Positions 38,340-49,411 of a DNA stretch of 64,000 nucleotides are shown one piece after another. This DNA is from Sporopachydermia quercuum (taxonomy: Eukaryota): NCBI GenBank assembly GCA_001599295.1, contig BCGN01000010.1, positions 310,001-374,000 of the forward strand, in the 5' to 3' direction. The translations under genes were made by a program, and so were the position numbers. Each line of letters begins with the position of its first letter. The first letter of the stretch is position 1. The notes under the pieces are model-generated. The model had not been told where the DNA came from. It did not search any database and was given only the letters and a program-made list of their open reading frames with translations.

Positions 38340-39224
38340 ATGAACAACGGCAATCCCATAGTGTTTTTCGATGTAAGTGTTTTAATAATTTGCTCTGGGT
38401 AAAATGGCTGTTACTGAGATAAGAATTTGAGCTAACAAACCCAAGATCGATCTAGGAAGTACGTATTTTCAAAGCATGGCTTTATATTGTAATAATGCAA
38501 CTACGTTATCGAGCAAACCAGTTAACCAAAAACTTATCAGGAATTCCACTAGGAAGAGTTAAATTTGAACTCTTTGCTGAAGAAACTCCTCGAACAGCAG
38601 AAAATTTCCGACAGTTTTGTATTGGTTATAGAGAGAATGGTAAAATAATAGGCTACAAGTCAACCAAGTTTCACCGAGTGGTAAGTATTTAATCTTCCTA
38701 CACCAACCATCATTTATGGAATTCCCATAGGCAATGATATACTAACATGATACTGACAGATTCGAGATTTTATGGTACGCAACTTTCAGGAGGCAGACAC
38801 AACTTGGCCAATTCAACCAATTAATATTGAATAACTCTAACAATTAATGCAGATACAAGGAGGTGATTTTATTCATCATGATGGAAGAGGTTCAAAGTCA
38901 ATATATGGACAGAGTTTTCCTGATGAAAAGTTCTTACCACGTAAGTAGTTTGATAGTGATATTAAATTTCAATAGAGATAAACAACTAACCAATAAATCT
39001 ATTCAGACTCTAAATATGCTCTCAGTATGGCTAATTCAGGGAAAGATACCAACGGATGTCAATTTTTCATATGCACAGGCGACTGTTCACATTTAGATGG
39101 GAGACATGTCGTATTTGGACGTGTCATTGAGGGACAAGATATTATTGATAAGATAAACGTGATTCGCACAGTTGATGAAAAACCCGTGACTGATATAAAC
39201 GTTGTTCAATGTGGGGAGATGTAA
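38340..39224 (+). CDS. Cyclophilin H-like (U4/U6 snRNP-associated) PPIase; exons 38340-38372, 38446-38458, 38541-38680, 38760-38774, 38853-38940, 39007-39224; 168 aa
   Basis: Five GT-AG introns of 66-82 nt with branch-like motifs give a contiguous frame: [24 protein letters not shown]...TAENFRQFC...FHRV-IRDFM-IQGGDF...SIYG.SFPDE...[17 protein letters not shown]...LDGRHVVFG...[20 protein letters not shown] and the QCGEM end are PPIH-type. Confidence 0.88.
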
Positions 39225-40409
39225 ATATGTATGATAAGAGATAATCAAAGTAGTACCCGTAGTTATATGATGACTGTAAATAGATCTTGGCTACTTGTTA
39301 TGGAAAAACGATGGATCAGTCATCTAACTATAATCATGTAAACCAAACAACTAATTCAATGCTTTCCCATTTTTAAGCAATTTGCACGAGCTACTGATTT
39401 CTTAGACTCTCCTGGCTCGTTGCCCTCTTTTCTCCTCTTTTTTCACCTTTTCTCGCTTCACCTCAGCCCCTTCGCTTCATTGCCTTTATTCCCACAACCC
39501 CAATCCCCTAACATGTTCCATGTCTCATACAGCCACATATCCTTCGCCCCAACAAAATCTTCAGGCTGCCCCTATATCTCCCATCGTCTCTTTTCAGGGG
39601 CCAATACACGTCACAAATACCAACACTACCCGATTCATTCCTCCACAATAAAAATTAACTACTACCAAGCGCATCCTTATGTTACGCAACTTACATACAA
39701 TTGATGAACCAGAGAACAAAACATTCTTAATTGGTCTCATCCGAACATCAACAACATTTCTATCAAAGGACCATTTCCAAGTATCATAAATTGGACCCCT
39801 GACTGAAATTGAAGGTTTCAAATTTGTGGATTGATTGGTTCGGCATATTTTTCCAATAATTCGATCCTTTGCAGTCAATGAGCAAGTGAAAGGAATCAAA
39901 CGGGAGTCAGAAAGTAGACCTATTTAGATTCTCTTTCTCTTTCTTTTTTTCTTTCTTTCTTTCTTTTTTCTTCTTTCTTTATCTTTTCTTTTTGTTCTAA
40001 TTTTATTCATTTTAGCTTAATAATTCGATCAAATTTGCTCTCTCTTCGTTCGGGGCTCTTTTGTACTGTTCTTGTTCTATGTTTTTAGTCTATATTGGGA
40101 TTTCTCTAGGTAGTTTTCTTGATTAATATTCTTATTTCATTTCATTCAGTTTACTCTCAACAGAACAGGATTCTGCTAAATTTCAATTGATTTTACAGGC
40201 GCACGCTGAACTCTCAATCGGGCTGTGTTCAGGCCAATTACCATCTTGTTTCAAACTCAATTGAAGAATCGTTCACCGACGGAACTAATACTATCAAAAA
40301 GTGCACCTTGCTATAATAGCTATCTCAACAACTTTCACAAGATACTTTTACTTAGTTCTTGTTGATAATTCTATTTGAGCCTCTACTATTTATATCAAAT
40401 TTAGAAGCC

Positions 40410-41771
40410 ATGAGCGAAGGTGAACCTCATGCAGCACCGCTTGCTGCCCCTATTTTGGATGCTGCTGTACTTGAAGCAGCTAGCGGATCAAATCCTATAC
40501 CTACAAACGTGACCAACAAGCAACTCCAACAAAATCAACAACAGCAGACAGAGGCTCAAGCACAAGGAGTCCAATCTGACCTGGAAAACGAAACTGAGGG
40601 AACTGTCCCTTCCGGAGAACCAGAGGCGCCTACTCCTGCACCAGTCAATGCTACTGAAGGCGGAAGAGAAATTTCCTCCAAAGTGTTATATGTTGGAGGA
40701 ATTGACCCGTCAGTAACTGATTCAATGATAAATGAACTGTTCTCAGTCACAGGGAAAGTTCTCACTGTGAAAATTCTCCCCGATAAGAATAACCGTGGAT
40801 ACAACTATGCCTTTGTTGAATACGATGATCATCCAGCAGCCGATATGGCTCTTCACACACTTTCTGGACGCAGTTTGAATGGTTCAGAGATTAAAATTAA
40901 CTGGGCTTTCCAATCACAACAGGCAAAATCTTCAGACTATTTCAACCTGTTCATTGGTGATCTTTCACCGGAAGTAACTGATGAAATGCTTAGAAAAGCA
41001 TTTGAGAAATTCCCTTCTTTGATTGAAGCTCACGTAATGTGGGATATGCAAACTGGTCGCTCCAGAGGGTATGGCTTTGTTGTTTTCGAGAACAGGGCTG
41101 ATGCTGAAACTGCTTTAGGCGCCATGAACGGTCAATGGATTGGTAATAGACCTATTAGATGCAATTGGGCTACCCATAAAAGAGATAGCAATAACTATCA
41201 CCAGCCTCAGCATCATCATAATAACCAACAACACCATTATTCCAGCCCTGGTATCAGTCCTTATGACAATCTGAACATTGGTGCTAATAACGGAGTCAAT
41301 GGCTCTAATAACTCAAACAATCCATCTTTCAATGTGAATAGACAATATAATCCTGCCTTATCAATGTCTGGAGCTTCACCTTCTACTGGTTCTCCTTCTA
41401 CCGGCAATATATATGCTCAATCACGTTCAAGTATCCCACCTCCAATGATGGGAATGCCAGTGATGAATCCTTCTTATGATATGGTACTTCATCAGTCACC
41501 CAACTGGCAAACAACAGTGTATCTAGGCAATTTGGCCCATTTCACTACTCAGAATGACTTGTTGCCTTTACTGCAAAACTTTGGCTTCATTGTTGACTTC
41601 AAATATCAACCAGATCGCGGTTGTGCTTTTGTTAAATACGATTCCCATGAAAGGGCTGCTTTAGCTATTGTTCAGCTAAGTGGTTATTCTGTCAATGGCA
41701 GACCATTGAAATGTGGCTGGGGTAAAGAAAGACCCAGATATCAAAATTTCAGGGGTAAAGGAAGGCCTTGA
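40410..41771 (+). CDS. PUB1: Poly(U)-binding three-RRM protein Pub1 (TIA-1 family)
   Basis: GGREIS.KVLYVG, PDKNN.GYNYAFVEY, FNLFIGDL, AHVMWDMQTGRSRGYGFV, TTVYLGN, RGCAFVKY and LKCGWGKE. Confidence 0.93.
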   Translation: MSEGEPHAAPLAAPILDAAVLEAASGSNPIPTNVTNKQLQQNQQQQTEAQAQGVQSDLENETEGTVPSGEPEAPTPAPVNATEGGREISSKVLYVGGIDPSVTDSMINELFSVTGKVLTVKILPDKNNRGYNYAFVEYDDHPAADMALHTLSGRSLNGSEIKINWAFQSQQAKSSDYFNLFIGDLSPEVTDEMLRKAFEKFPSLIEAHVMWDMQTGRSRGYGFVVFENRADAETALGAMNGQWIGNRPIRCNWATHKRDSNNYHQPQHHHNNQQHHYSSPGISPYDNLNIGANNGVNGSNNSNNPSFNVNRQYNPALSMSGASPSTGSPSTGNIYAQSRSSIPPPMMGMPVMNPSYDMVLHQSPNWQTTVYLGNLAHFTTQNDLLPLLQNFGFIVDFKYQPDRGCAFVKYDSHERAALAIVQLSGYSVNGRPLKCGWGKERPRYQNFRGKGRP

Positions 41772-42722
41772 TGGTCTTGACCTCTTCTCTCTAATATACA
41801 AATACCCTTGTTTGGATGTATGCGGGGAAAGGTTTTTTTNTTTTTGCTATTTAAAAAACGGGAATAATAATGATCAAATAAGAGGAAAAGGGTCCATTGG
41901 AGTATTTGTATTCGTTTCTTTTATTGATATCTTTGGAAGGATAGTCTCATTATATCAACGGTTATTCATATGATGGCTTTTTTTATTGTTTCTTTTCTTT
42001 TCTTTTCTTTTCTTTCTTTCTTTCTTTTGTTTCTTTTCTTATTGTTTCTTATAATTTCTTATTATTTCTAGTTTTGTCTTCACCAAATCTTTGTATTCAC
42101 TAATGGTTTTTTCTTGGGCCATTTATTTCAATTCTTTACCTTACCTATGTTACCAGTTTTTTATATGAATTCTGTATGTACTATTTGTTAGGCGTTTCTT
42201 TCTGCTGTTGTGAGAATTTTTGTTTATTAGCTGGAATAATTCATAAATATGTATATCAGAAGTGTTTGTAGTGCCTTTTGCTTTAGAGATCCGAGGATAA
42301 TGATGAGTATAATTATTATGACATTGATGATTACTTTCGATTGAATAAATTCGTAGGAGCAGCAAAAGTGCTAGAAGTAATTTAGTTTTCCTACTAACTA
42401 CATGGCTTGGTTGAGCTACAGGATAATAACAGATAGCTCAACGAAAGATTTAATATTTTTTATAATATCAGAGTTTTACTATTACTCAATTCTTTTTTAT
42501 TAACACAATAAATAATGCTGATGGCAATGGTTTATTATTACAACTGCATATTACCGCAATATGCCAATTCTCATCTTGAAACATTCTGTTCAGCCTTGAG
42601 AATGCAATAGCTTACCACCTCCCATTACATACTAGCTATTATTTTTCAAGGTACTCATCAAATCAATTTCCTTCAAAGCTGCTCAATTAATTCCCACGGT
42701 ATTCTCCCTGTATTTCTCATCA

Positions 42723-43256
42723 TTATGCTAACTCTTCATAGTCTATTCTTTCACTGGTTCTCTTTCCAACAGTTTCTTTCAAAATAGTTGCCCTTTCTAG
42801 CTCTTCTTCTCTCTCGTCATTTTCTTCCTCCTCTTTAATCAGATCATCCAGATCATAGTCGAATTTGTCAACTTCTTGTCCTGTACCACCGGCTCTTCCC
42901 CTTTCACCCGTGCCAATATTACGGTTCCTTAGTCCAGAAGATACTGCCTGATTACTACTATTACTCACGAACTTCACAGGTAAGCTTTCTGGTCCAATGT
43001 GGTGGATTTTATCTTTCAAATTATCAAAGTTGAACTTCTGAGCTCCTGAAGTCATAGCTTTCTTGTCATCTTCTGAGAAGTCTACTGGTCTATAGACATC
43101 TGATTCATCGTCATCTTTATGTAGTTCCTTCGCTTCAGGTACAATCTTCTTTGGAGTATTTTGATATTTATACGTCCCTAGTCCTGAAACCAAAGGCAGG
43201 ATGATAACGAAAACACAGGCAATGATAATTATCGCCAGAATAGTAAATATATTCAT
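42723..43256 (-). CDS. EXP1: ER export cargo adaptor Exp1-like single-pass membrane protein
   Basis: N-terminal TM followed by LPL.SGLGT, then GLR.R.IG, FDYDLDDLI.EE and a terminal YEELA, matching the remembered YDL121C pattern. Near YFH1 as in S. cerevisiae. Confidence 0.78.
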   Translation of the reverse strand: MNIFTILAIIIIACVFVIILPLVSGLGTYKYQNTPKKIVPEAKELHKDDDESDVYRPVDFSEDDKKAMTSGAQKFNFDNLKDKIHHIGPESLPVKFVSNSSNQAVSSGLRNRNIGTGERGRAGGTGQEVDKFDYDLDDLIKEEEENDEREEELERATILKETVGKRTSERIDYEELA

Positions 43257-44017
43257 CGTTTTTACGGAATCAGACGTTAGTAAGCTGTGACGATATTGCC
43301 AGTGCTTGCACACGCAAAAAAAGGACGAGGATATCTTCCAATAACACTACGTGATAAATAAAATTCTTGTGTTTAAACAAAGAGTCTCTTAATAGGTCCT
43401 TTTATTGAATGCAATAGATCAATTGGAATTATGCTATTTCTATTACTATCAATCAACGAGATAGATGATTTGAGCAGTATTTCCGTTGATGAAAAACGTT
43501 GAGATTACGGAAGTTATACTAGGTAAAAGCTTCAATATCAGATATGATATANTATATTGGTGGCATTATTTACAATCGAAGGTAAAATCGGAAAAGATGA
43601 GAACACCATTTCGGAAAACATGTGGTTAATTGTCAGTCTTATCATAAGATACTGATAATACTATATTGTATCAACAAGTTTGATGTTTAGAAAGGAATAC
43701 ACTAAAAAAAAATTACCATATAAAATGTCATTGTTGAAATGAGGATTGAATCTGCAATTACTACCTGATTATTGGCTAACAGATTTTAACATATCATGAT
43801 CGTATCTCCTCCTTCGCTGTATTAACATTGTATCAACCAATACTATTTCCATATCTTACTACCAAAATCACTCTTTTACCACTAAATACCTAATAGCTTT
43901 TATTGGTTTCATCAAAATATAAACATGCTTAGCATATAGAATACAAGCTTTAATCTATAAAACCTCACTATTGATTCAAAAACGACCTGAATCACACCCT
44001 GGAGACAACTAAATACA

Positions 44018-45550
44018 TCATTCGGTTCTCAATGTACTATCAGATGAATTTCGTTTAACGATACTGCTTAGCTTTGCCTTTTTATTGTTAGACTCACTAC
44101 TTGTCCCTTGATCTTCTTCCCCATCATTTCTATTCAACCTATTCAACCAAAACTCTTTCATGTTATCTAACAATGAATTCGTCCTCTGAAGTGTTCTCTC
44201 CTCGGCGCTCAGATGATTTCCATGACGTTTCTTATCTTTCTTGTCCTTATTCTTTTTACTGCGCGAAAAACTCAAAGCAAACTCGCTAACTGGTGATGGT
44301 GCTTCGCTACTAACATATCGGTTTTTCACATGTTGATCGCTTTCTGATTTGGTATCTCCACTTTCAAGCTCTGGCGATGTAATACNGCCGACGTCCTCTT
44401 GCGATGATGAGTCTGAATGTTTTCTCTTTCTTTGTCCAATGCCTTCTAGTCTATTTTTTGGTTTTATTTTCAGATTTTTACGTAGATATTCCCGAACTTC
44501 GGAATACAAATCTTTAGAAGCATTGTTGAAGTTATAGTTCTTGAAGTAGCTTCGGAAGTCACCGATATGCTTCTTGAATTCCAATTCGTTCTTTTTCAAC
44601 CAGGAAACATTCAATTCCTTTCGTGTAGCACCTCTAGCAAAATTTCTCATCAGATACTTATCATAGTCGCGGATGATTTTGGTGATAATATCGGAAGTGG
44701 AGATTCCTTCAGTGCGTTGAGTAGCCAAGAACCTACCAGCTTCTTTAATAGGTTTGTAGACATCATCAGTGCCATTAGAAGCATACGGAATATCATCATG
44801 AGCAACATAATCTATACGATGTTTATTAAGAAAGTCCAAAGTAACACACCATGGGGCATCAGGGATGACTTCATCGACCCATTTGCAATGCTTAATTGTT
44901 TCAACTCTTTGCTTATCACTTAACACAGTCAGACCTTTGTTCCTATGGGTAATTTGATCATTGCAAACACCACAAACCAACTCAACATTAGGCATTGCTT
45001 TCTTTGCTTGTTCTAATTGTCTCATATGTCCCAAATGGAATAAGTCAAAAACACCATCGGCATATATTCGGATCTTTCGATCTTTCGGCGGCGGTAGTAG
45101 TTTGTATCCGCGAGGGCGAAACTTCCGATACTGTTCTTCCACTTCGGCATCTAGCTCTGCCTCGTGTTCTCGGAACTGTTTTTCCTCTTCTGACATTTCC
45201 TTCTTCCGTCTTTTAGAGGGAATCTCATCTCCGTATGGAAGATGCAATGTATCATCATCGTCCTCATTATTTTCACTATCGCTACCGCTAACATCATCAT
45301 CACCATCATCATCATCATCNTCTTCTTCTTCTTCATCGTTGTCATCATTACNCTCGCTATCTTCTCGTTCATCTTCATCATCATCCAGAGATTCTCCATC
45401 TTCGAAATCAGATCCTTTCAGAACAGGAACAAATGCACCATCGTCTTCGTCAGCATTCCCCTGTAGAGCATTTTCATCCTTACCACTAATCTCAGCAGGT
45501 TGCTGCTCAACAGCTTCCCCTTCCTCATGTTTCCTTTTAGTGTTTCCCAT
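44018..45550 (-). CDS. PCT1: Choline-phosphate cytidylyltransferase
   Basis: [15 protein letters not shown] (HxGH), [47 protein letters not shown]. Confidence 0.96.
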   Translation of the reverse strand: MGNTKRKHEEGEAVEQQPAEISGKDENALQGNADEDDGAFVPVLKGSDFEDGESLDDDEDEREDSEXNDDNDEEEEXDDDDDGDDDVSGSDSENNEDDDDTLHLPYGDEIPSKRRKKEMSEEEKQFREHEAELDAEVEEQYRKFRPRGYKLLPPPKDRKIRIYADGVFDLFHLGHMRQLEQAKKAMPNVELVCGVCNDQITHRNKGLTVLSDKQRVETIKHCKWVDEVIPDAPWCVTLDFLNKHRIDYVAHDDIPYASNGTDDVYKPIKEAGRFLATQRTEGISTSDIITKIIRDYDKYLMRNFARGATRKELNVSWLKKNELEFKKHIGDFRSYFKNYNFNNASKDLYSEVREYLRKNLKIKPKNRLEGIGQRKRKHSDSSSQEDVGXITSPELESGDTKSESDQHVKNRYVSSEAPSPVSEFALSFSRSKKNKDKKDKKRHGNHLSAEERTLQRTNSLLDNMKEFWLNRLNRNDGEEDQGTSSESNNKKAKLSSIVKRNSSDSTLRTE

Positions 45551-46718
45551 GTTTGATTCAGTCCTACACTAAACAATTGATGATTCTATGAATAAAACTA
45601 TGAATAAGATACCAACAACTAATAACGCACTAAAACACCATGAGATAGTAGAAATTCACTTTCAAGCTGGTTTATGCTGTATAAGTATTAAAGCACAACA
45701 AATGTATTAAATGTACCATAAAAGTGAATGTAGATTGTCACTCATAGACATACTACTAATAATGATGCAATCACTGATGCACTAATAGGAACACCCACAG
45801 CGAACCCAACATTAACGGTCAATTGACGTATCAATTAGCAACAGCTTCAACGCAATTGAGACACCAATGAAAGTACCAATTGAGTTGCGGTTCTGGTAAA
45901 GTACTCCTTAGAATGTTTATAACGACAATATAAGTCCTTTCTACTATCTCATCATATCCTGATTAGCCTATGACAAGGACGAAGTGCAGGTGATGAAATG
46001 GAAGTTCAGAAGGGAAAGTGTATGATATCATAGCGGAAACAATGTCATCTGATTTTTGTTTCCGATATTTTAGAACGTGGGTAACAATTGAGAAAGTCAG
46101 GAGGAGACGGATATCGGTTATGGGATATAGGACGGGTGGTTTTTGGGGAAGTTTGATTTAGAAGAAGAGGTGAATTCTCACTTAGAGAAGGTGAAGCTAG
46201 AGGGCATGAAAAAGTGATTTCTTGCAGATTTGGTTGCAATTTGCTTGTTAGAGTGTATTGATGACTTTACATAACTGCTATTGTTTGCATTGGCTGCTAT
46301 CGAGTTTTCGGTACTGGTATACATAATGATTATATAATCAGAAATCATATGCCAATTAAACAATCACGTGATATTAAATGGGAAATCAAGTAGTAAGAAG
46401 AGAAATGGTCGTAAAACAGCTTAAAACATTGAGATACAATGACTTAACAGTTATTCGGAAATTGCTTACATAAAAGGTCTCTGTTTGTGGTGCCTCATTG
46501 TTTGCCACAGTCATGATGATCATCAGACAACCAAGAGATTTCCAATTGCACTGGACATTTTCCATCCTTTGTCATTAAAATCTTTGAAAATGAATCATAA
46601 AAACCAAGAAATAAGCACAAGTATTACCAAAAGTGATATTTTTCCTGTCCCACACGATAAAATTAGCCTTCTGAGTGACATACTCCCTATAGTACATAGT
46701 ACAATACCAATTCCATGA

Positions 46719-48545
46719 TTAAAAAAGAGTCATCTGACCTTTTAACTGCTTTGACTTTTTCCTTTTAGAATTTCTTCCATTAACACCATAAGTACCAGCT
46801 CTCTTCTCAGAATTCCGGCTTATACTGCTACCAACTCTTTTGGCATCTTCACTATCAGTATCTTTATTGTTAAGCTCTCTTGATAGATCCCTAGCTATGT
46901 GCCAATCATTATGTTGCTCGATTATCTCATCTTTAATCAACTTCTTNCATCTTCCACAGTAATTAACATTACTGTCTATACTGCTATCTCCATCACCAAT
47001 CTCTGAATCATTAGGAACATTTAGAAACTTGTCAATTGAATTAAGCCCTTGGATAACTTGAAACCCAGATAATGTCAGTGAACAATGTCTTATTGGATAT
47101 AGACTAACGTGTTCGCTCCACGAAGATTCCATCTCTTCCATAAGTTTGCTAGCAGTATTCACTATCACATCCTGCAATTGCTCTATTGGAGCATAAGGCA
47201 GTGCACCTTGCTTAGATTTGGTTACCATTTGCGTTTGCCTAATGAGCAGCGATAAGGATTTAGGTCTTCGTACACAATTGGACTCCTCTTCTACTTCTTT
47301 CACCCTGTTAACTAAATCAGCAGCAAACGTGCGAAACCATTTACCTGCATCCTCGGCTGAGTTGACTAAAGTTCGGAAGTTCTTTGCAGACATCATGGAT
47401 TTCACATCTACCTGTGTTTTCACTTGTGAATAATCAGTGCCTCTGACTAGATTGTAGAGGTTAATAGCTACGTCATCGTTATTCAGTTTACGCCGTAGAT
47501 CATCAATACTAAATTTGAGGATCTGACCCACCCAAGAAACTGGCAGTTCATTGCTGTTCTCGCTAGTGCTATCTGGCTTCCCGATTTGACTACCAAAACT
47601 ACAACTTTCGCTGAGATGTAGAGTCTGAACAGCATATTCACCTATTTTACCGCCAAATCCCCAGATATCAGTTAGTTTATGCGTGGATAAGAAACACACG
47701 ATACTCTTATTAGGTATTATCGTCTGGTTATCAGGTTTATGAACTCCCGATGCTAATTTCGATATTGTCTTGGTCCTACCCACTCCCCCCGAGGTTGTAT
47801 ACCCTAATGTGTCTTTGATCTTATCACGTATCTCCTGTACTATCGTAGACCCTATCATCATGCAAACATCATCCCAGTCTTCTACACGTTTTGCTTCAGC
47901 TTCCTCAGGGCCAAAAACAACTCCTTTCCATTCAAAGGGTATGTCTTCTGGCGGCAATGGTAGATAGAGCTGTTCATCCTTGTTTTCATCAACTTCCTCA
48001 TTTTCATTTTTCTTTTCAGTCTCGTCATGCTGCAAAAGTCCTGGCCATTTTTGCATGATTCTATCATAAACCATACTTCCTAAGTCCATAAAGGTTTCAT
48101 CCACACTTGCTTTCTGTACAGTTGATACGATTGTCTTGATTACTCTCATAATCTTCCGGCTCTCTCTTCTGTATGGATCTAAACTGACCTTATTGGTACT
48201 AACACTAGGACTATTAGAATGGTAGCCCCAGAAACCCTCGCCCATTCTGAAGGTAGCCGTATGAGCAGGAATCAAATTCGGGCATTTCAGTCGAGCTTCT
48301 GGCAGCCTATCCATACGAGAAATACCGAATTTGCGTGCTGCGTATGATACAGCAATAAGAGAGTTCCATTGAACACAGACTACAGGGTCATCCTTAGAAA
48401 GACCCAACCTGATTTGCTCACATTGAGCGAAAAATGCGTTCAAATCCACATGAGCAATCACTGAAAGTGGTGAACTAAAAGATCTACTACTATTCAGTTG
48501 TTCCAAGTCAGAGAACTTGAACTTGGACCTCGTTCTGCTGGTCAT
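46719..48545 (-). CDS. RAD30: Y-family DNA polymerase eta
   Basis: IAHVDLNAFFAQCEQ, VCVQWNSLIAVSYAARK, KVSLDPYRRESRK, ASVDET, SMMSAKNF, UBZ finger (C-x2-[TGN]...H-x3-H) and C-terminal PIP-like QMTLF. Confidence 0.95.
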   Translation of the reverse strand: MTSRTRSKFKFSDLEQLNSSRSFSSPLSVIAHVDLNAFFAQCEQIRLGLSKDDPVVCVQWNSLIAVSYAARKFGISRMDRLPEARLKCPNLIPAHTATFRMGEGFWGYHSNSPSVSTNKVSLDPYRRESRKIMRVIKTIVSTVQKASVDETFMDLGSMVYDRIMQKWPGLLQHDETEKKNENEEVDENKDEQLYLPLPPEDIPFEWKGVVFGPEEAEAKRVEDWDDVCMMIGSTIVQEIRDKIKDTLGYTTSGGVGRTKTISKLASGVHKPDNQTIIPNKSIVCFLSTHKLTDIWGFGGKIGEYAVQTLHLSESCSFGSQIGKPDSTSENSNELPVSWVGQILKFSIDDLRRKLNNDDVAINLYNLVRGTDYSQVKTQVDVKSMMSAKNFRTLVNSAEDAGKWFRTFAADLVNRVKEVEEESNCVRRPKSLSLLIRQTQMVTKSKQGALPYAPIEQLQDVIVNTASKLMEEMESSWSEHVSLYPIRHCSLTLSGFQVIQGLNSIDKFLNVPNDSEIGDGDSSIDSNVNYCGRXKKLIKDEIIEQHNDWHIARDLSRELNNKDTDSEDAKRVGSSISRNSEKRAGTYGVNGRNSKRKKSKQLKGQMTLF

Positions 48546-49136
48546 TCGGGAGTAGGACTATTTCATACTTGGGTTTTTTACGAAATTCTGGAGTCACAAT
48601 TGAATGCTCCCAAAATTTGCTAATCCCTTCAGTGGTTTCAACAGTAATAACAAATTAAATTCTCATCAATCAGTTTCAATTATCCTATAATAAGAATAGG
48701 AAAACAACTAATATCGTTCCATAACAACCGGAAGATCATCATCAACAGCGGAAGAATAAAAGATCAAGTAATCAATTCATTCTCAACGGCAATTTCATGT
48801 TTCAGAAAATGTTAATATGGACTTTATATAATCTCCGAAATTTGGGAACGAAGANCAGACTGGAAATTCTACTGCTCACTGGAGAACTTCCGAAATATTT
48901 CTCATTTTCTAAGCGAATAAATTTTCGCTTCTTTCTGCTTCCTCTTCTTTTCTTCTTACTGCCCACTAGTCGGAATGGAAGGATGAATATGTTGAATTGG
49001 CTGAATTGTAGTAATTATTTTTACTGAAGCGAAAGGCGGTTGATAGTAGTTTAACTGCTGGCATTGTTAATGGATTGATGTATTTCTATTTGNAAAAGTA
49101 GGTCCAATTGGTGCTTTGAGAGAAAGCTGGATTGAG

Positions 49137-49411
49137 GTAAGTTTTGTATTAGGTGGTACAGCATTAGACTGCAATTAGGGAACACCATCGCAACAGGTAC
49201 TCAATTGCTGTTGGAAAAGTACTTCTGATGACTGTAACTATCGTGATGAAACGTTGTCGCCCCAATCGGAACCATAGTGACGATTCGACTTCCAAGCCAA
49301 ACTCAAGGANTTTCTGATGTTACAGTTATAGTTGACTGGAGTACTTTTATGTATAGTGTGGTATTTCTACAGAGATTACAGTGTGGACCCATTTACTAAC
49401 TATTGGAATAG
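49137..49411 (+). other. Spliceosomal intron hosting the snoRNA in a probable non-coding host transcript
   Basis: GAG|GTAAGT at 49137, TACTAAC at 49394-49400, AATAG ending 49411. The flanking exons carry no substantial ORF. Confidence 0.75.
49238..49322 (+). ncRNA. SNR67: Box C/D snoRNA, snR67/U31-like, guiding Gm in the large-subunit rRNA P-loop (Gm2619, S. cerevisiae numbering)
   Basis: C box GTGATGA 49243, D' CGGA 49267, C' GTGACGA 49277, D CTGA 49314. Guide TGTCGCCCCA pairs with rRNA UGGGGCGGCA and the D'+5 rule hits the second G. Flanking stems TGACTGTAAC/GTTACAGTTA and AAAAGTACTT/GAGTACTTTT. Ends are approximate. Confidence 0.85.

Noticed and set aside
40110..40198. Possible 5'-UTR intron in PUB1
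   Set aside because: Both the donor (GTAGTT) and the branch site (TGCTAAA) are non-consensus.
46945..46950. Possible stop codon (TGN) in the RAD30 UBZ finger, and other N-containing codons
   Set aside because: Single-base N calls are scattered throughout and are probably masked ambiguous or heterozygous sites. Cys is expected here and the frame continues.
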